A DNA stretch of 63,968 bases, the filler included, from Klebsormidium nitens (Eukaryota > Plantae > Klebsormidiophyceae), in the NCBI GenBank assembly GCA_000708835.1. It is 7 parts of 7 records of this genome, joined end to end, with 100 filler letters (N's around TTAATTAATTAA, not from the genome) between each part and the next. Parts side by side here need not be neighbours in the genome. Positions count along the whole stretch, not along the records: positions 30,630 to 50,165 come from DF237930.1; positions 50,266 to 55,005 come from DF237158.1; 5 more parts are not named here. One strand, 5' to 3'. The translations under genes were made by a program, and so were the position numbers. Positions 40,501-54,454 of this stretch are shown here, piece by piece. Numbering within the stretch: position 1 is the stretch's first letter; the number at the start of each line of letters is the position of its first letter. Under the pieces are notes generated by a model. That model was not told the origin of the DNA and searched no databases. It worked only from the letters and a program-made list of their open reading frames with translations.

Positions 40501-41672
40501 CTGGCCAACAAGGTGACGCCTCCCCTGGGTCACGCCCATGCCGCACTCACTATCTGTCGCGCTGAGCCAACTGCCCGGATCGAAAAGTCGGTTCGGCCCA
40601 AATAGAGCCCTTGTCGTACGTCCAATCTCTCAACGTGCTGCTTCAATGGTGTAGGCGATCGTCTCTTCGTCTCTGCACGGGACTGAGCTGAGCGGTGCGG
40701 TTTGGGCGTTGGCAGGTGCCGAACGCGACCAACCCGCTGTGCGGGTACAAGATGGTGACGGGCCAGCCGTCGGACCGGCTGAACGAGGACTTCACGCCGC
40801 AGTACACCGAGTTCACGGAGCGGCTGGCCGTGCTGGAGGAGCGCACCAAGAAGCAGCAGAAGGCGCAGACGGATGCGGCGCAGAAGACGAGCAAGGAGGC
40901 CAAGGAAGCCAAGGACGCGGCCGCCAAAAAGGACCTCGTAAGGCCACGCCCGGCGCGACCCTCGAAGTTGCAGTACGAATAACGCCGTGGAGAGTGTACT
41001 GCATTGGGCGTCCAAACCTGGTGCCTGGAAAGCCAGGGAGTGCATCATCGCAACATTAAGCCACATATCATGGGGCGCAAGTGTTTTCTGAGCAGTTTTT
41101 CGACGCAGCCCGCATGATTTGGGCCCGTATGCGGCTTTAACCCGGCCCTCTACTCCAACAGGACGCCCAGAGCAAGGAGCAGGAGGCCAGCTTGCGGAGC
41201 CTCAAGACCGTCATCGCCCTCACCAAGCCCCTTCACGCGCGTACCCCCAAGTTCATCTCCCAACCGTGGGTGCTCTCATGGCACGAAGCGCCTGCCCCCG
41301 CCAGGTGAGCTTGGGTCCGTTCTTTGTCAGAAGACACGCTGCACAGGACAATAGCCATCAACGCCGTTGTTGAGCTTCGAGCTTATTGCGGCATGGTAGC
41401 CCAACAGGCCAACAATAACTTCCATCTCTTACAGTGGTGCAAAGCGAGCCGGCGAAGCTGTTTCCGGGGCGCCAGGAAAGCGGCCGGCGACCGAATCAAA
41501 CACAGCCGGAAGGGGAGCCCAAAACGGCGCGCAAAGGGGCCGTGGCCGGGGTGGAGCAGGAACCGGAGGCGGAGGCAGAGGCGGTCAAACATATGCAGCG
41601 GGAGAGACCCGGGGAGGGAGAGGAGGACGGGGCAACAGAGGGCGAGGGAGGGGGGGCAGAGGCCGATACTGA
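37534..41672 (+). CDS. API5: Apoptosis inhibitor 5 homolog with RGG-rich C-terminus, multi-exon
   Basis: VEQLYEAGQKL, KTKQLAAQFIPKFFKSFP...AQLDLCEDEE, VRVQAIRGLP..KDVPEYLQKSADILTQLL, VEALLFTFHQLA, CGYKMVTGQPSDRLNEDFT. The last exon reads ...GRGGRGNRGRGRGGRGRY* with TGA at 41670-41672. Confidence 0.92.
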
Positions 41673-43272
41673 CTTAACGCAAGACAATGTGTGGTGCCTT
41701 GTCAAAGGCTGTGGATTTGAGCACGTTGGACGTAAGCCCAAATGGCGCTCTTCGTCATGGCTCCTTGCTCTTACTCAGTCTGCTGGGTTAGTGCCACTAT
41801 TTGAAATATTCTAATGAAAGATATGGTGGGCCCCTTGCACCAGTACTCGGGCCCATCGTGCATGTGAGCATGCCAGCGCATCTTGACAGCGTTGGTCATC
41901 GGTTTTGATTGGCATGGTGTTACATGTTGCAGCACGCATTGATTGAGTACACCAGCAGATAAACGCAACGCTTGTGTTGGAGTCAACTGATGCTGCAGGG
42001 CACGAAACATTCAGAAGGTATGCGAAGATCTATAGCTGATAGTAGGCTGTTTAGAACGTCGCGCTGGCTTTGCTCGATGCCCGCATACGCATGGTTGACG
42101 GTCTGGCACCTAATAGTAATGTGCAGATTGTTGCACTTTTTCCATATGCTGCCAGACACTCACAACCATGTCATTGTATGACCATGCTCGTGCACCATGC
42201 TTTCGACGAGTTGATGTGCAGGCAGTATGCGCGCTTTAAACCACCACCCGACCGGTACATATATGGGCCGGCAGTGCAGGCTAATTCCATAACTTGAACT
42301 AGTCACTTGTGAAATTCAAGTTGCGGTCATGGGGCGCACACATTCGGCCCTAAAATGTGGCTCTTGTTCAGCTCTGAGCATGCCCATAGCATGCTTTCCG
42401 GTGGCGGTGTCAAGAGCTTAGTCGCTACATAGAGGCCTTGCAGAAAGGCGCCAGGCTTTCAATTCGATCAGCCCTCAAAACCACCAAGAATAGCTCCTAA
42501 AAGCCAAGGGGAGCTTTGGGGCCTCCAGGCCTTGTTTTTGACGGTTTCAACAGCTGAGAAAGGGAGCGCGTCCCAGCGGGGCCTGTTCCTGGCCGAACAG
42601 GCTTGACACCGCTTGATTTGGTGAAGGTTTGGTGCACCTTTTGGGTAAGGTAGCTACCCTTTCCAGTGTTCAAAAATGTGCGCCCCATTCGAGTCTCAGT
42701 TTGAATTGCCCGATCTCGACGACCGTCGGCAAGTTATGCCACGTCAGCATCGAAATTGCCCGGTTTTTTAGGTTGGGTGTGCCATGTTTAATTGTCATGC
42801 TGCATATCCGGCCACGGAGCATGGTCCCCGAACTCGATTCGAATTATAGAAGGCATTCATGCAGCTCTCAACCTTAGAGTGTTCCGTCTACTTACACTGG
42901 GCCAAAACTGACATCGGACGCTGTATAACGGGCTGGCTCATGAAGGTTCGAATAGCCGCATGTTAATTCAATAACTCGCAGCTTGACAGTGCACAACTCA
43001 ATTACAAGTACGGTTGCCATAGACAGATCAAATGTCATCCTTTGCAGACTTTGTGAAGGCATGGGAAACGTTGAACACAGTACAACATGGAAGGCTATAG
43101 CCGCCTCAATGGCACAGGCCTAAAGTATGCACTGAAAACATGCGGCTTCGAAGGCAACCACTGGCAAGTTCCTGTTCTTGCGACTCTTGTCCTTCTGATC
43201 CAACAGCGGACTACAACAGCAAAGGCACTGAATTACGCGGACATCCCGAACAGGTGCAACAAGAGCTACTGA

Positions 43273-46200
43273 CTAGCCTTTTCTAAACGTCACCATGCGG
43301 CTCTCAGGTTCATTTGATGTAGGGGCCTTGGCAAACGGCGACTTGTGGAAGCCCCCTTCTTGGAATCGGCCACTGCTGCCCCCTCCAGATCCGTACGACT
43401 GGCTCTGCCTCCTATTCTGGTTGCCGTAGCCCCCGCCATAGTTCGAGGAGCCCCCGCCATAGTTCGAGGACCCCCCGCCTGACCGCCCTCCCGACCGTCC
43501 GCCTGACCCCCCTCGTCCCCCGTAGCCACCTTGCCCGCCATACCCGCGCCCTCCCCCTCCACCGCCGAAGCCGCCCCCGCCGAAGCCGCCCCGCCCGAAG
43601 CCTCCGCCAATGCCTCCGAAATCCGTCCGCTGCCGCCTCTCACGCTCGGGCATGATCCCGCCTTCCGTGAGCGCGCCGCCCGTGCGCTGGTCCAACGCGC
43701 GCTCGTTGCTGTCCACAAACACCTGCCGCAGAGTCCGCGGAAGAAGGTCAGGAAAGGGTCCTTGGAGAGCAGACGTCGGGCACACATCCTCCAGAAGCAC
43801 CAAACGTACCAGCATGAAAAGAAGAAGGTATGCACTCTAGGGGGCAGACATCATCCCAGTCCGCCATCCTCAAGCACCCTTTCCGCAGAACTTTCCAGCA
43901 TGAGAGGGCGTGCCATCGTGCCCCTCATGTGCGGAGTCCACCAGCATCAAGGAGGCAATTGCATGGACGGGCGGCGAGGCTGTGACGCGCACCTGGAGCT
44001 TCTCTGCGTATTGCGTGGCGAGCGCCTGCAGCCGGGTGGGCTGGACGTTGTGCAGCAGCAGGCAGCGCGTGGGCTGGTCCCAGCTCGCGGGGAACTCGTC
44101 AGTCACGATCATGCGGCTCACGGCGCTGTGCACCGACTTCTCGGGCAGCTCGAACAGCTGCACAGCACCATACCGCACGAGCAACGGTCAAACAGATTGC
44201 AAGGAGACCTTTTGAAGTAACCCGCAATACTATCTGAACTTGAAGTAACCCGCAACACTATCTGAACGAGCAGTGCAGGCAAAGGGAGGTCCATGCAGTA
44301 CGGACACCCAAGCGACCTGTTTTAAGACCAGATCGCAGGTAGACAATGAAATCCAGGCAGGCTGGCAGGGGAGGGCTTCCGCCAGGGTGGGCTGCGGCGC
44401 ACCTTGACGAGCTGGTCGATGCTGATGCTCTCGTAGTGGGACGCGAAGGAGAAGAGGAAGGTGCGCAGGCCCTCCTCCTGGATCTTGCTGCCCAGCATGG
44501 CCAGCACCGCCTCGCGCTGAGGGACAATCTTCCACACCTGCAACACAGGCGCGGCACAGCAACCTTCAGCTGACACGGTCAGAGGGCCCAAGTCCAGTTT
44601 CCTCAATGCCTGACAATGGAAGAACCGGAAGATTTGCCAGCCCGAGGCATACCCTTTTTAAGGTCCTAGCTTCTTCAGCATATGGAAAGAACGACTCGAG
44701 CGGGCTTCGTCCTTCATCTTGAGCAAGGCCCTCTGCGGCGACTGGCGTTGGCGCTCACCTCCAGTGCGTTGACGACCTCAACGGCCTTCTGCCAGTTGCC
44801 GGCGCGTAGTGCGCGCGTGGCGGCCATGACGTGGTCGCGCACGTTCTCGGGCGGCCCGGTGAAGGTCTGGCGCTCGTAGTTGTCGAGGAGGCGCTGGAAG
44901 GGCTTGCTGATGAGCTTCTTCTTGGGGTTGCTCGCGTTGGCGGCCATCGACGGCACCTCCAGCAGCATGGCGGACAGCAGGTGCACCGCCTCCAGCAGCT
45001 CCAGGTTGATGTGCATGTGGAACGGCATCTGCCGCCGCCGCTCCAGCTTCTCCTGCACCACCCGCCACGCGCGCGCGGTCAGAACACAGAACGAGGATCG
45101 CAGTGCCGGCCCAGCAAAGCGTGCAACCGTTGAATTGACAGGGACAGCGCAACGACCAGCAACAGACTCTGAAACTAGGCACAATCCCTGCAACCTGTCA
45201 ATTATGGTGGGACTTCGAAGTACGTCGACTCCAACGACAACGAGCGTTTTCGTTGGGCAAGCATTGGCAGAAACAATCACTTTGATTCACCACCTCCTCC
45301 AGCTGCGGGCGTTGCTGCAATTCAACACGAAGTCAGCTCAGCCGGCTGGCCTGTTGCTCACCTGCTCCGGGTTCTTCTCGTGCCAGCGGCTCTGCGCGAC
45401 GCCCTGCGCCAGCAGCTCCTTGACGCGGCCCCCGGCATAGAGGTCCGCCAGGCAGCTGTGGGCATCGCTGATGAGGCCCTTGCGGAACGCAGTGAGCCCC
45501 AGCTGGGCGATGGTGCGGTTGAACAGGATCTGGGTGCTTATGTCCATGTTGTTCACGTTGTCCTGCACCGCACGCACCAATCGACGGGTCAGTGGCGAAA
45601 AATGAGCAATCCTCGCTCCAAGCACTGTAATCAAGCATTGACAATCCATGCACAAGGACTGTCCAAAGACTCAGCGACATTCAAAGCGCAGAACGTTGTT
45701 GTATCCAGCTGCAGAAAGTCACTCATACTGCCCATGCGATCAATGTACGAAGGCGAAGACTCTCTGACCCGACTTCGAAGCTTGAGTTTGTTGACACACT
45801 TAGTTCGGAGCCTCCAGAAACCGAGATACAAGGTCTCACACCAAGTTCTACAGGACAAAGAGTGATTTGATCGCATGCTGAGCCGTGCTTGCGGCTCGTT
45901 ACCTGGAGGTGGCTCATGAGCAGGAGGTCCCTGGCGACGTAGTACTCGTCCACGATGGCGTGGTTGTAGATGTCGCACAGCATGGCACGCGCCTTGGTCC
46001 GTTCGTCACCATACCGGTAGATCTTGCCCACAAGCTCGTCCAGCAGCTCGCGCACCGTGTCCGGGAAGCTCGCCTTGCGCGGCACAATCGGGGGCGTCTT
46101 CACAAAGTCCTCCTGCGGCTTCTGCGCCTTCGCTTTCTTCTCCTTCTCTGCGCCGTCCTCCGCTCCCTCCCCGCTGACCTCAGCAGCCTCGTCCGCGTCG

Positions 46201-49200
46201 TCCTTGTCCTCCGCGCCCTCAATGTCGTCCGACTGCGCCTCTGCGAGCTTGCGCATGGCTGCGTAAACGTCCGTGTGCTTGTAGTATACGTGCTCTACAC
46301 GGCGCAGTGCAATGCGCGCCCCCGCACGCGAGTCCCCAATCCGCTCGACGTACTTCTCGACGCTCTCCGCCAACGCCAAGAAGGCCGGCTCATCGCGCAG
46401 CCGCTCAACGTACTCCTTGGTATGCGGGTCGATCCCCTGCAGGCTCTTGAACAGCTCGTCGTCGATCCTCTCCAGGAACGCCACGATGTTGCCCCACACC
46501 TTGATCTCCCCGGCCTCGTTCTCCGCGGGCCCCGCGGTGGCGTCCAGGTTGGGCTCCGCGCTCTCGTCCATGATGATGTTGGGGTGGTGCTCCAAAATAT
46601 CCAGGATGGCCAGCACGTTGCTCACGCACCGCTTCCAGATGGGGATGGCCATGTGGCTGCTCAGGCTGGGCGTCACATCAAACTGCGCCGACACGACGTG
46701 CACCATCACCTCCAGCTTCTGTGCGGGCGTCTTGGCCACGCGCGCCAGGTACGCCAGCTGCTCCACCTGCAAAGGCAGCGTCACCGCGCCGTCAGCAGCA
46801 GGGAGTGTGTCACACCCACAAGCGGTCCTCAAAAGAATTGGCGCTTCGCTGTCTCTGCCTTTGAAGATATGGTTGACCGAGCTTCCCCTGAAGAGGCAAG
46901 TGCACATTCAAACAGGTCTTTTCAGTGGCACATCTTACACTGACACATACATCTTAGATCAACTCTGCAAATGAGGCCGTGAAGGTCAGCCCGACCCAGT
47001 GGTCGCTTTGAAACAAGCGGTAGATCCAAGAACTGTTCAAGCCAAAAACTGCATGTATGTTCCTCAATAAGATTTTAAGCTTCTCCCTATGCTCCCTCCT
47101 AGTCTCAGTGCCAGATAAAAACCTGAGCCTTGGTCCATCAGCAGGACTACAGTCTACTCTCTACAATCTACAATCTACTCTCTACAACCTACTCTCGCAA
47201 GATGCGGCCCTCTTACCTGCTCTGCCCTGTCGGTGCCCTTGCGGCCCCTGGCTGCAATAATCTCCTTGAGCTTCCTCTCCACCATCTCCTCTGTGATCTC
47301 GCTGGGGTCCTTGTTGAACTCGCGGTCCCTCCGCTTCTCCGCCTTGCTCCGCGTCTTCTCCCAGCCCCCCTCATCACCGTCACCTGCACAGAAGCGTCAC
47401 ATTCAGATCAATCCATACAGCTGAGGTACCCAGCAACCTGCGAAGTTCGTTCAATATGATGTGGTCAGCTTATGTTGCAAGGAACTCGTCATGGCAACGC
47501 AGACTTCCAACAGACATCACATGCTGATAGCACCTGCTTGAAATGGCACCCACCTCCACTCTCCTCCTCAGACTCTGGGGCGGCCTTGTCTGGCTCCTCC
47601 TCACTGCCCTCCTCCTCATCGCTCTCCTCCTCACTCTCCTGAAGCAAATGCAACAAGCAGCGGATCAGATTCAAGCCATGCTTTCCAGAAAATTCTTGGA
47701 AGGCAGAGGCCCGAAGCATAAACTCTTGGGACATTGCAAACTTCCACAGCACCTACACGCAAGCACATGCACCACTGTTCCACACATGTTCCAAAAATTT
47801 GGAACATGAAGGGCTGGTACCAGAGACTCCGGTGGTGCAAAGAACCCAGACCGTTGTGGGATCTGGCACGCACCTCCTCCTTCTCTTCCTCCGACTCTGG
47901 GTTTTCCTTGAACTTTGCAATCTCCTCCTCGTACAGCTTGTTGTTCTTCTTCAACTTTTGCTTCATGTAGTTCAGTGAGCGCGCATTGCTGGGGCTCATC
48001 TTCTGGCGGGCGTCCTTGTTGGCCAACGTCGAGTTCTGCATCAGCCAGGGAGGACCCGGTCAACCAGCAAGCAAGCATGCGTCGTAGCATGACGAAATAG
48101 GAGAGCTGCTCAAAACACACACGACTACGAGCGACACTAGAAAAAGCCAGCGGAAACCCCTGGCTAAGCTTCACAGTGGCAACAAGTCCTTGACATAATC
48201 TGCACACCTTCGCACACTCTTAACAACGTGCCCCTCACAACCGAAAGCTGTTGCAAAGGATCATTTTGCACGATCTGGAGGAGGCAATCAATTCGATTAC
48301 CCAGGCTCAACCCCAACCTTTCTTTAAACACCACTTGAAAAAGCACGCACTGCAGAGGTCACATTAGAGCGCTGTATTGCAGGTTGGGCCCTCTCTTACC
48401 AAGAAGTCCTCAAGCTCTGACACTGCCTTGATGTAAAGCCGGGGCGTTGGCTCCCCTTCTGTGAGGCGGGCCACCTTCTCCAGCTGCTTATTCAGCTTCT
48501 CAAAGCTGCTCTGTAACGACACCCAGTCATTGATCTTCATCTGGTTCTTCATCTGGTCGTACGTCTGCTGCAGCTCGTCAAATCTCTTGTCCCGGGCGCT
48601 ACGCACCACACGCTTGCCATCGTCATCGGAATCAGAGTCACTGTCCCCTCCGCGCATGTATTTGGAGGCAGGCCCAGCTGGAGCGGGGGCCTGCTCCTCC
48701 TCCTCAGACTCTGACTCCACATCAGACTCCTCCTCCTCTGACTCCGTGTCGCTCTGCACGAGCAAATGGGATTGGCCAGAGTTAGCCACAGCAAATCACC
48801 ACAAATGCTGCCTAGACCATTACCAGAGAAGATCAAAAGTGCTCTCGCAAACAAACCAACACTCTTCTGCGCGACCTCCTGTTGTTTCCATGACCCAACC
48901 CTTATCATGTCAGAATCATAGGCAGTGCAGTGTTCTGCCGGCAATTCATAGACCAATCAAAGGCGCCTAAACAAGGGGAGGAGGGCAATCTAGAAGCCAG
49001 CTAGGATCCCATCATTTACAATGCGCCACAGTAGGCAAAGAACCTCAATACAACCGGCGTAAGCAAACAAAATGCAGTCAGGACTTTCAAATTTTCACAT
49101 CTGGCTTGCTGCAACCGCGATGCAACGGTCACTGGTGGTGCTTGGAAGAGGGCATGACCGTGTTACAAGAACACCCGTCCAAGCAATCAGCCCATCCCCA

Positions 49201-49450
49201 TCAACAATGGCAGACCAATTGGCATTTGCACTTCACGAGGTGACTATAGTGGAAAGTTAACACTTTCAGCAATGCGGTTGACCTCAATTCGTTCAATGTG
49301 AATGTCCGCATCTTTGCCACAGCTTCTAGCACTTTCGTGTTCGTTGCATCTCAACAATTCGGCCACTCTTTTCACGCCCGTGCTTGACAGATGCAAGCCC
49401 CAGATGCAAGCTGGAAAACTCACCGCGTTCGTCCAGAAACGAGAGGCCAT
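43273..49450 (-). CDS. eIF3c: Eukaryotic translation initiation factor 3 subunit C, multi-exon
   Basis: MASRFW start, [15 protein letters not shown]...[46 protein letters not shown]...[47 protein letters not shown], and a Gly/Arg/Tyr-rich tail. Confidence 0.95.
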
Positions 49451-49935
49451 GGTTGGCTGCTTATTATTTTCGTCAGACCCCAATTTGTGCAGGTTCAGCA
49501 AACTTCTGCAGGAACCCCTGGCAGCAAAATCCTTCCTCCGCCCAGGCGTCGCTGATTCCGCAAGCCGCAACGATGGGCACTTCTGTGCGCCCCCCCCGAG
49601 CCTATCTGACCGCAAGATCCTATCTAGCAAGAACCAAGGTGTTCTGCGTTTTAAAGCCTTTAGGTCAAGTATGACATCAGTCAGGACATCCCTATGAACG
49701 GGGCACCCAACTTGCACGGAAGTTCGCCAGCAAGCCAAATGAAGTTCGGTGTTAAATTTGGGCGAATCACAGCGCGCCACGTCATACCCCCCAGAGCCTA
49801 AAGGTGTGATAATGTCGGGAGGGTCGTACCATGGGTCGAAAACCTGAGGTGGGGGCCGGGAACGGACCCAAGTGGTCCCAACCCGATCACCGGGCACTCG
49901 GGCACCCTGAGTAGGTTTACTTCTCAAATGCAAAA

Positions 49936-50161
49936 TTGCATCTTTTTCAGGTATGGCCTTACGGGCTTAGGGGCCTCAGGGGCTATATACATACATAATG
50001 GCAATTGGGTCGGATGAGCGAAACTCTGTACTACTAATCTGTTATATTCTCTTCTCCAGAAAGTCAATTACAATATTGCATCTTTTTCAGGTATGGCCTT
50101 ACATACATACATATCGCCAAATGGGCACCAAAGGGAAAACTCTGTACTGCTAATCTGTTAT
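49936..50161. repeat. Two-copy direct repeat (offset about 140 bp) at scaffold end
   Basis: TTGCATCTTTTTCAGGTATGGCCTTAC at 49936 and 50076; AAACTCTGTACT(A/G)CTAATCTGTTAT at about 50021 and 50137. Confidence 0.8.
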
Positions 50162-50165
50162 GATT

Positions 50166-50265
50166 NNNNNNNNNNNNNNNNNNNNNNNNNNNNNNNNNNN
50201 NNNNNNNNNTTAATTAATTAANNNNNNNNNNNNNNNNNNNNNNNNNNNNNNNNNNNNNNNNNNNN
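50166..50265. other. Artificial scaffold spacer
   Basis: N44-TTAATTAATTAA-N44. Confidence 0.98.
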
Positions 50266-51614
50266 ATAGTACGTAATTGCCCGTTTGATCGACGTGTCAG
50301 GAAAAGCTCGATTCATGAATTCGGACCCGATTCTCTAGTACGGCCGAGTACGATGGTTAGTACTGCGTACAAAATGTGTCGCGACGCGTGACACCGGTCA
50401 TACAAATTTGAGACCCGACCGTCGCGCGGTCGATACCGTCGAGACCCACCATAGGTAGCTTGTGGATGAGCTCCATGCAAAACCTGGTCGATATCCGACA
50501 TAATGTGCAATGTCGGATATAGGCCATAATTTCGAGGGGCCGGGCGCGGGCCGGCCCCGCCTGTTCAGCGGCGGTAAATGTCTCCACCATATCGCCCTTG
50601 AACAGACGATCGCGCAGGCACTTGATTTTTTAGTCACAATTGTTATTTAACTGCAATTTGGTACGTTCGGATGTCAAGCCATCGTTATTTTTGTGTGCAC
50701 GGCAGTTACTGATTTTAATGTTCTCGTCCAATCAAAGACGCCGGAGCCGCATAAAACGTAGGCTATTAATGTCTCGCATGACATTATACAGGGGTCTCTA
50801 TGATACGGATTCCACTACATAGTAGGACGTCCAGTCCCCGAGCCATTACTTTAACCGTATGCACGAATCTGGGGTATGTACATGTTGAGCTCCAAACGCA
50901 TAAGTTCGAACTGGACAGCCATGAGCTAAGTCAAAGTCTCTATGTCAAACCATCTTCACCAATGTGTGCCACCCTTTCGTGTCTCCGAAGTGGATACAGA
51001 GGCGCATGCTGTCTAAGAATCTGCACGGAGTGAAGCACGCAATTAATCAGCTGAGTTAAGCGCGCCCTTCTGCATTTGCTTTAACTTGATCAAGCGTTTA
51101 CAAATCTGTGAATGCAAAAAAGACTCGACCAAGTACCATCAGTAGAGTCGTATTCTACGCGCAGCCGGGCATATCTAAGCATATGCTTGCAAGGCTTGCC
51201 TCAGAAGACAAGCTCAGCTCACCTGAATGCTTGGCGGTCTGCTTTCACTCTTGAATGTCCCGAAACGCATTGAGCAGCTCCAGCAGCCGTCGAGAGCTCT
51301 GCACCACAAGCAGGGACGTATCAATCTCACTATCAGCCGCGTCGTACACAATGCATGTACCAACAATGGCGAAGGACAAAAACGAGGGGCGTTGGCCATC
51401 ACATGCGAGCCGTTCCTTATCAAGGGATTGGTCCGCGTCTTACTAAAGCAGAGCTCGCAGCAGCAGGACACGGGTGACTATTTGCAAGAAAAACAGTCGC
51501 CGAAAAGGGCAAGGCTTTGAGACACGCTCCTTCAGAATGGACCAAACAAGCGACTCACGGAGGTGTCCGCTTCCCCCGGGCCTGGTGGCGGGTCCACGCT
51601 GACTGCCGGGCCGC

Positions 51615-54454
51615 TCAGCATCGCGCGGAAGACTGCAGCAGGAATCGAGCAAAGGCGGCTGCCAGTCAGCATGGCCACCGGAACAGCAGGCCTCGAGAGG
51701 AGCCTGTCGTGCTGAATCGCGGAATGATGTGGCAGCAACGGGCTGCAATCGCGGTTCGTTTTCTTCCAGAACAACGGGGCAGTAAGACAGAGCCGCTCGG
51801 CAGGTTCTGTGCCACAGCAAAGTAGCCGGGGGGGGCTCAAAGGGACTTCTTTATTGGTTAGCAATGTGTGACCACGAATCCTGAGCGGGTTCGAACAAGA
51901 CCAAGGAAAGCGTTGATCCCACCCTCTTCAGCGCGCGGTCTGCGGAAGGTGCTCACTTCGTGTTCGCTGCTCCGCAGGCATCTCCGCTGCTCGGCGGTAC
52001 TCCGCCACAAGACGCGGGTTGCGCAGTGCGGCCAGGCTGAGCAGGGGGCGGGGAGGGGCGATCTCGCGCTCGCCCAGCAAATACGCACATGCCGCCTCCT
52101 GACGAGAGTACGAGGACGGGGGTCAGCCACATAGGTAAGAGCCCACAAGGCAGCGGCAGAGAAGCCAAAGACTGAAAGGATGTGAAGATCAAAGTCTCAA
52201 GGAACCAGAAACGACTTGGTTCGGCATCCACCTGTGCAGACAAGGATGGCAGCAGTCTTCATCGGTACCCTCTCCAAACAAGCACATCAGAACAAGAGCG
52301 GTCCAGATACAAGTTGTCTGACTCCCGTTGCCCCGACCTGATCGTTGAAGGTGGCGCGCAGTGCGTCTGCGGCCTGCTGCTCGTCGAAGCCCATCTCGAG
52401 CAGCTGCCGCAGCGCCTCGGGGTCCGGCTGCACTACGGAGCGCGCCGCCCCAGGAGCCGCCAGTGCGCGCAGCTGCGCCTCCGAGAGAGGCGTGTCCGCA
52501 TCGGGGTCTTCCCCGTGCTCCAGCAGCCACTCCATGGCGGCCTCCAGCGAGTTGCGGCGCAGCAGGAGCGCCTTGCGGGACCGCGCCTCGGGGAAGCCCA
52601 TACCCACCAGCTGCTGGAGGGCGCCCTCGTCAACGACCTGCAACAGACAAACGATGAGGTGCTTCAATAGTCGGCTAGCTGGCACTAGGCGTTTCTACCG
52701 TAGCTCCGATTGACACGTAAGATTTCGGGATCGAATGTCGGCATGCAGTACATGACGAAGTGCTTCGACGGAACCTCTTCACCAGCCGGATACAATTGGT
52801 CGCATATCCATTGACATGGTCCAACTGTCGACGTTGGAAGTTTGAAGTTGCGTAGAAGCTAGTTTTGCTGGTGGGACACGTTTCCAATCAACGTCTTGAC
52901 ACAGTAATCACCAGATTCAGATTGTTATTAACGCCTACATTTCCGCCGCACTTCAGCAATTTCTCGAACCAGGTGAGTTTCCACCATCAACTCGATCACC
53001 CTATGTTCTACAGAAACCTGAGTGGCTTTCAGTCTGTCAAGAGAATGTCAAACGTCCCCAACAGAAGCGTCTACATTTCTGTCGCACTTCGGCATTTCTC
53101 GCATCAAGTGAGTTCCCACCATCAACTTGATCACCCTATGTTCTACAAAACTTGAGTGGCTTTCAGTCTGTCAAGAGGATGCTGAACGTCACCAATAGGA
53201 GCGTTTCATTACGATTTGCAATATCAAGGTTCATATCCAGGAGTTTGCCGTATCGAGCGGAATTCCCCGGTGGCAATTAACGGGAGATAATTCGAATCAT
53301 AAGAAGCAACAAGGAGTGCGAAGCAGCAGGGTGTTGCTTGAGAAGCGGGTTTTTTACACGGCCCAGTGAAGGTGTAGCCACCTACTGGAAGCGGGGTGGC
53401 CGATGCGTCTGCCATTGCAGTGTCGCTCCCAGAGGGTCCTGCCTCGCTGGTACTGCCGATCTGCAGGATGGGAGCCAACGTGAGAGGAGGACAGCTTCCA
53501 AGAGGGGTCTGCCCAGCTAAGACATGTTACAGTGCGTCAAGGTGGCATCGCTTGAATGGAAGCTGTTCAACACCGTCCTTCAGTACCACTCCATCCACAG
53601 AAAGTTGTCCGCTGTGCTGGCACGTACCGGGTCTGTCGTCCTAAGGCACGAGTCGATGGTGTCCCACAGCGTTTGCACCTGCGCGGGCTCCAGGGTCACT
53701 TGGCCCCCCGGCGACGGGCGAAGGCCACCCAGGGCGGCCAGCTGATGCATCATGCGGCGCAGGAAGGGGAAATCGGATGCCCCATCCTGCAAACGGGGCA
53801 TGGAACAGAGCCTCACAGACTGGGGCTGCTTCATGGTGAGCTTTGACAAGGGACAAGAGCTTCAGCAAGACAAGTGCGTCGGGCAGGCAAAATATCAGGG
53901 TCTATCCAACACACAAGCGCATGTTCGCAAGCCCAAAGCTTGCTCACCCCGTCCTGTCCTGAAGACTCTGCTTCCTGGCCCCTTTCTGCCCTTTCGTTTG
54001 CAATCGCCGCATTGATCGTTGCTACATCAACAGCTGAACTGCCATCCGCATACGTGACGGGGGGCACAGGATCTCGTACCATGAGAGCCACAACGGAATC
54101 TGGCCACATGAGAGAAGAAGTGTGTCAAAATTCTCAAACGTTGGTCCTTTCCTTCCAATGTTTCTAGTAGAAGCCACATCAACGGGGCCGGGGACAAGCA
54201 GCCTCTTAGGCCGTCATCTGCAGGCTACAAGCAGCTCACAAATCGAATTCACGCTTCCAGCTCGCCTGCACCGCACCTTCACCTGCGACCCCGTTTTCTG
54301 CCAGGACGCCGGCGCCCAAAACCTCGCCCTGGTGCACCAGCCGAAACTTCTGCTTCTTGGTCCCCAGACTGTCTTGCAGCCGTGCAAGAACGTCGCACAC
54401 TTCGTCGTCATGAGGTACTTCAATGTCAACCAGCACAGACCGCACGTGAACCAT
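51615..54454 (-). CDS. UBL-UBA-UBA protein resembling UBAC1/KPC2
   Basis: N-terminal UBL-like IEVPHDDEV...FRLVHQGEVL...LAENGV; UBA1 VDEGALQQLVGMGFPEARSRKAL...AMEWLLEHGEDPDADTPL; UBA2 PDPEALRQLLEMGFDEQQAADALRATFNDQ|EAACAYLLGER. Start, stop and some internal exons are approximate. Confidence 0.65.
52935..53205. repeat. Two-copy 136-bp tandem duplication inside an intron
   Basis: CTACATTTC...CACCATCAACT(C/T)GATCACCCTATGTTCTACA...GAGTGGCTTTCAGTCTGTCAAGAG starts at 52935 and 53071. Confidence 0.85.

Noticed and set aside
43273-43700. Separate glycine-rich RNA-binding gene
   Set aside because: It is the RGG/Gly-rich terminal exon of eIF3c.
45885-46943. 352-aa plus-strand ORF, and similar long ORFs at 4948-5823, 3846-4622, 60332-61390 and 60516-61169
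   Set aside because: These are antisense or alternative-frame shadows of GC3-rich real genes (eIF3c, KDZ, viral ORFs) with no recognisable motifs.
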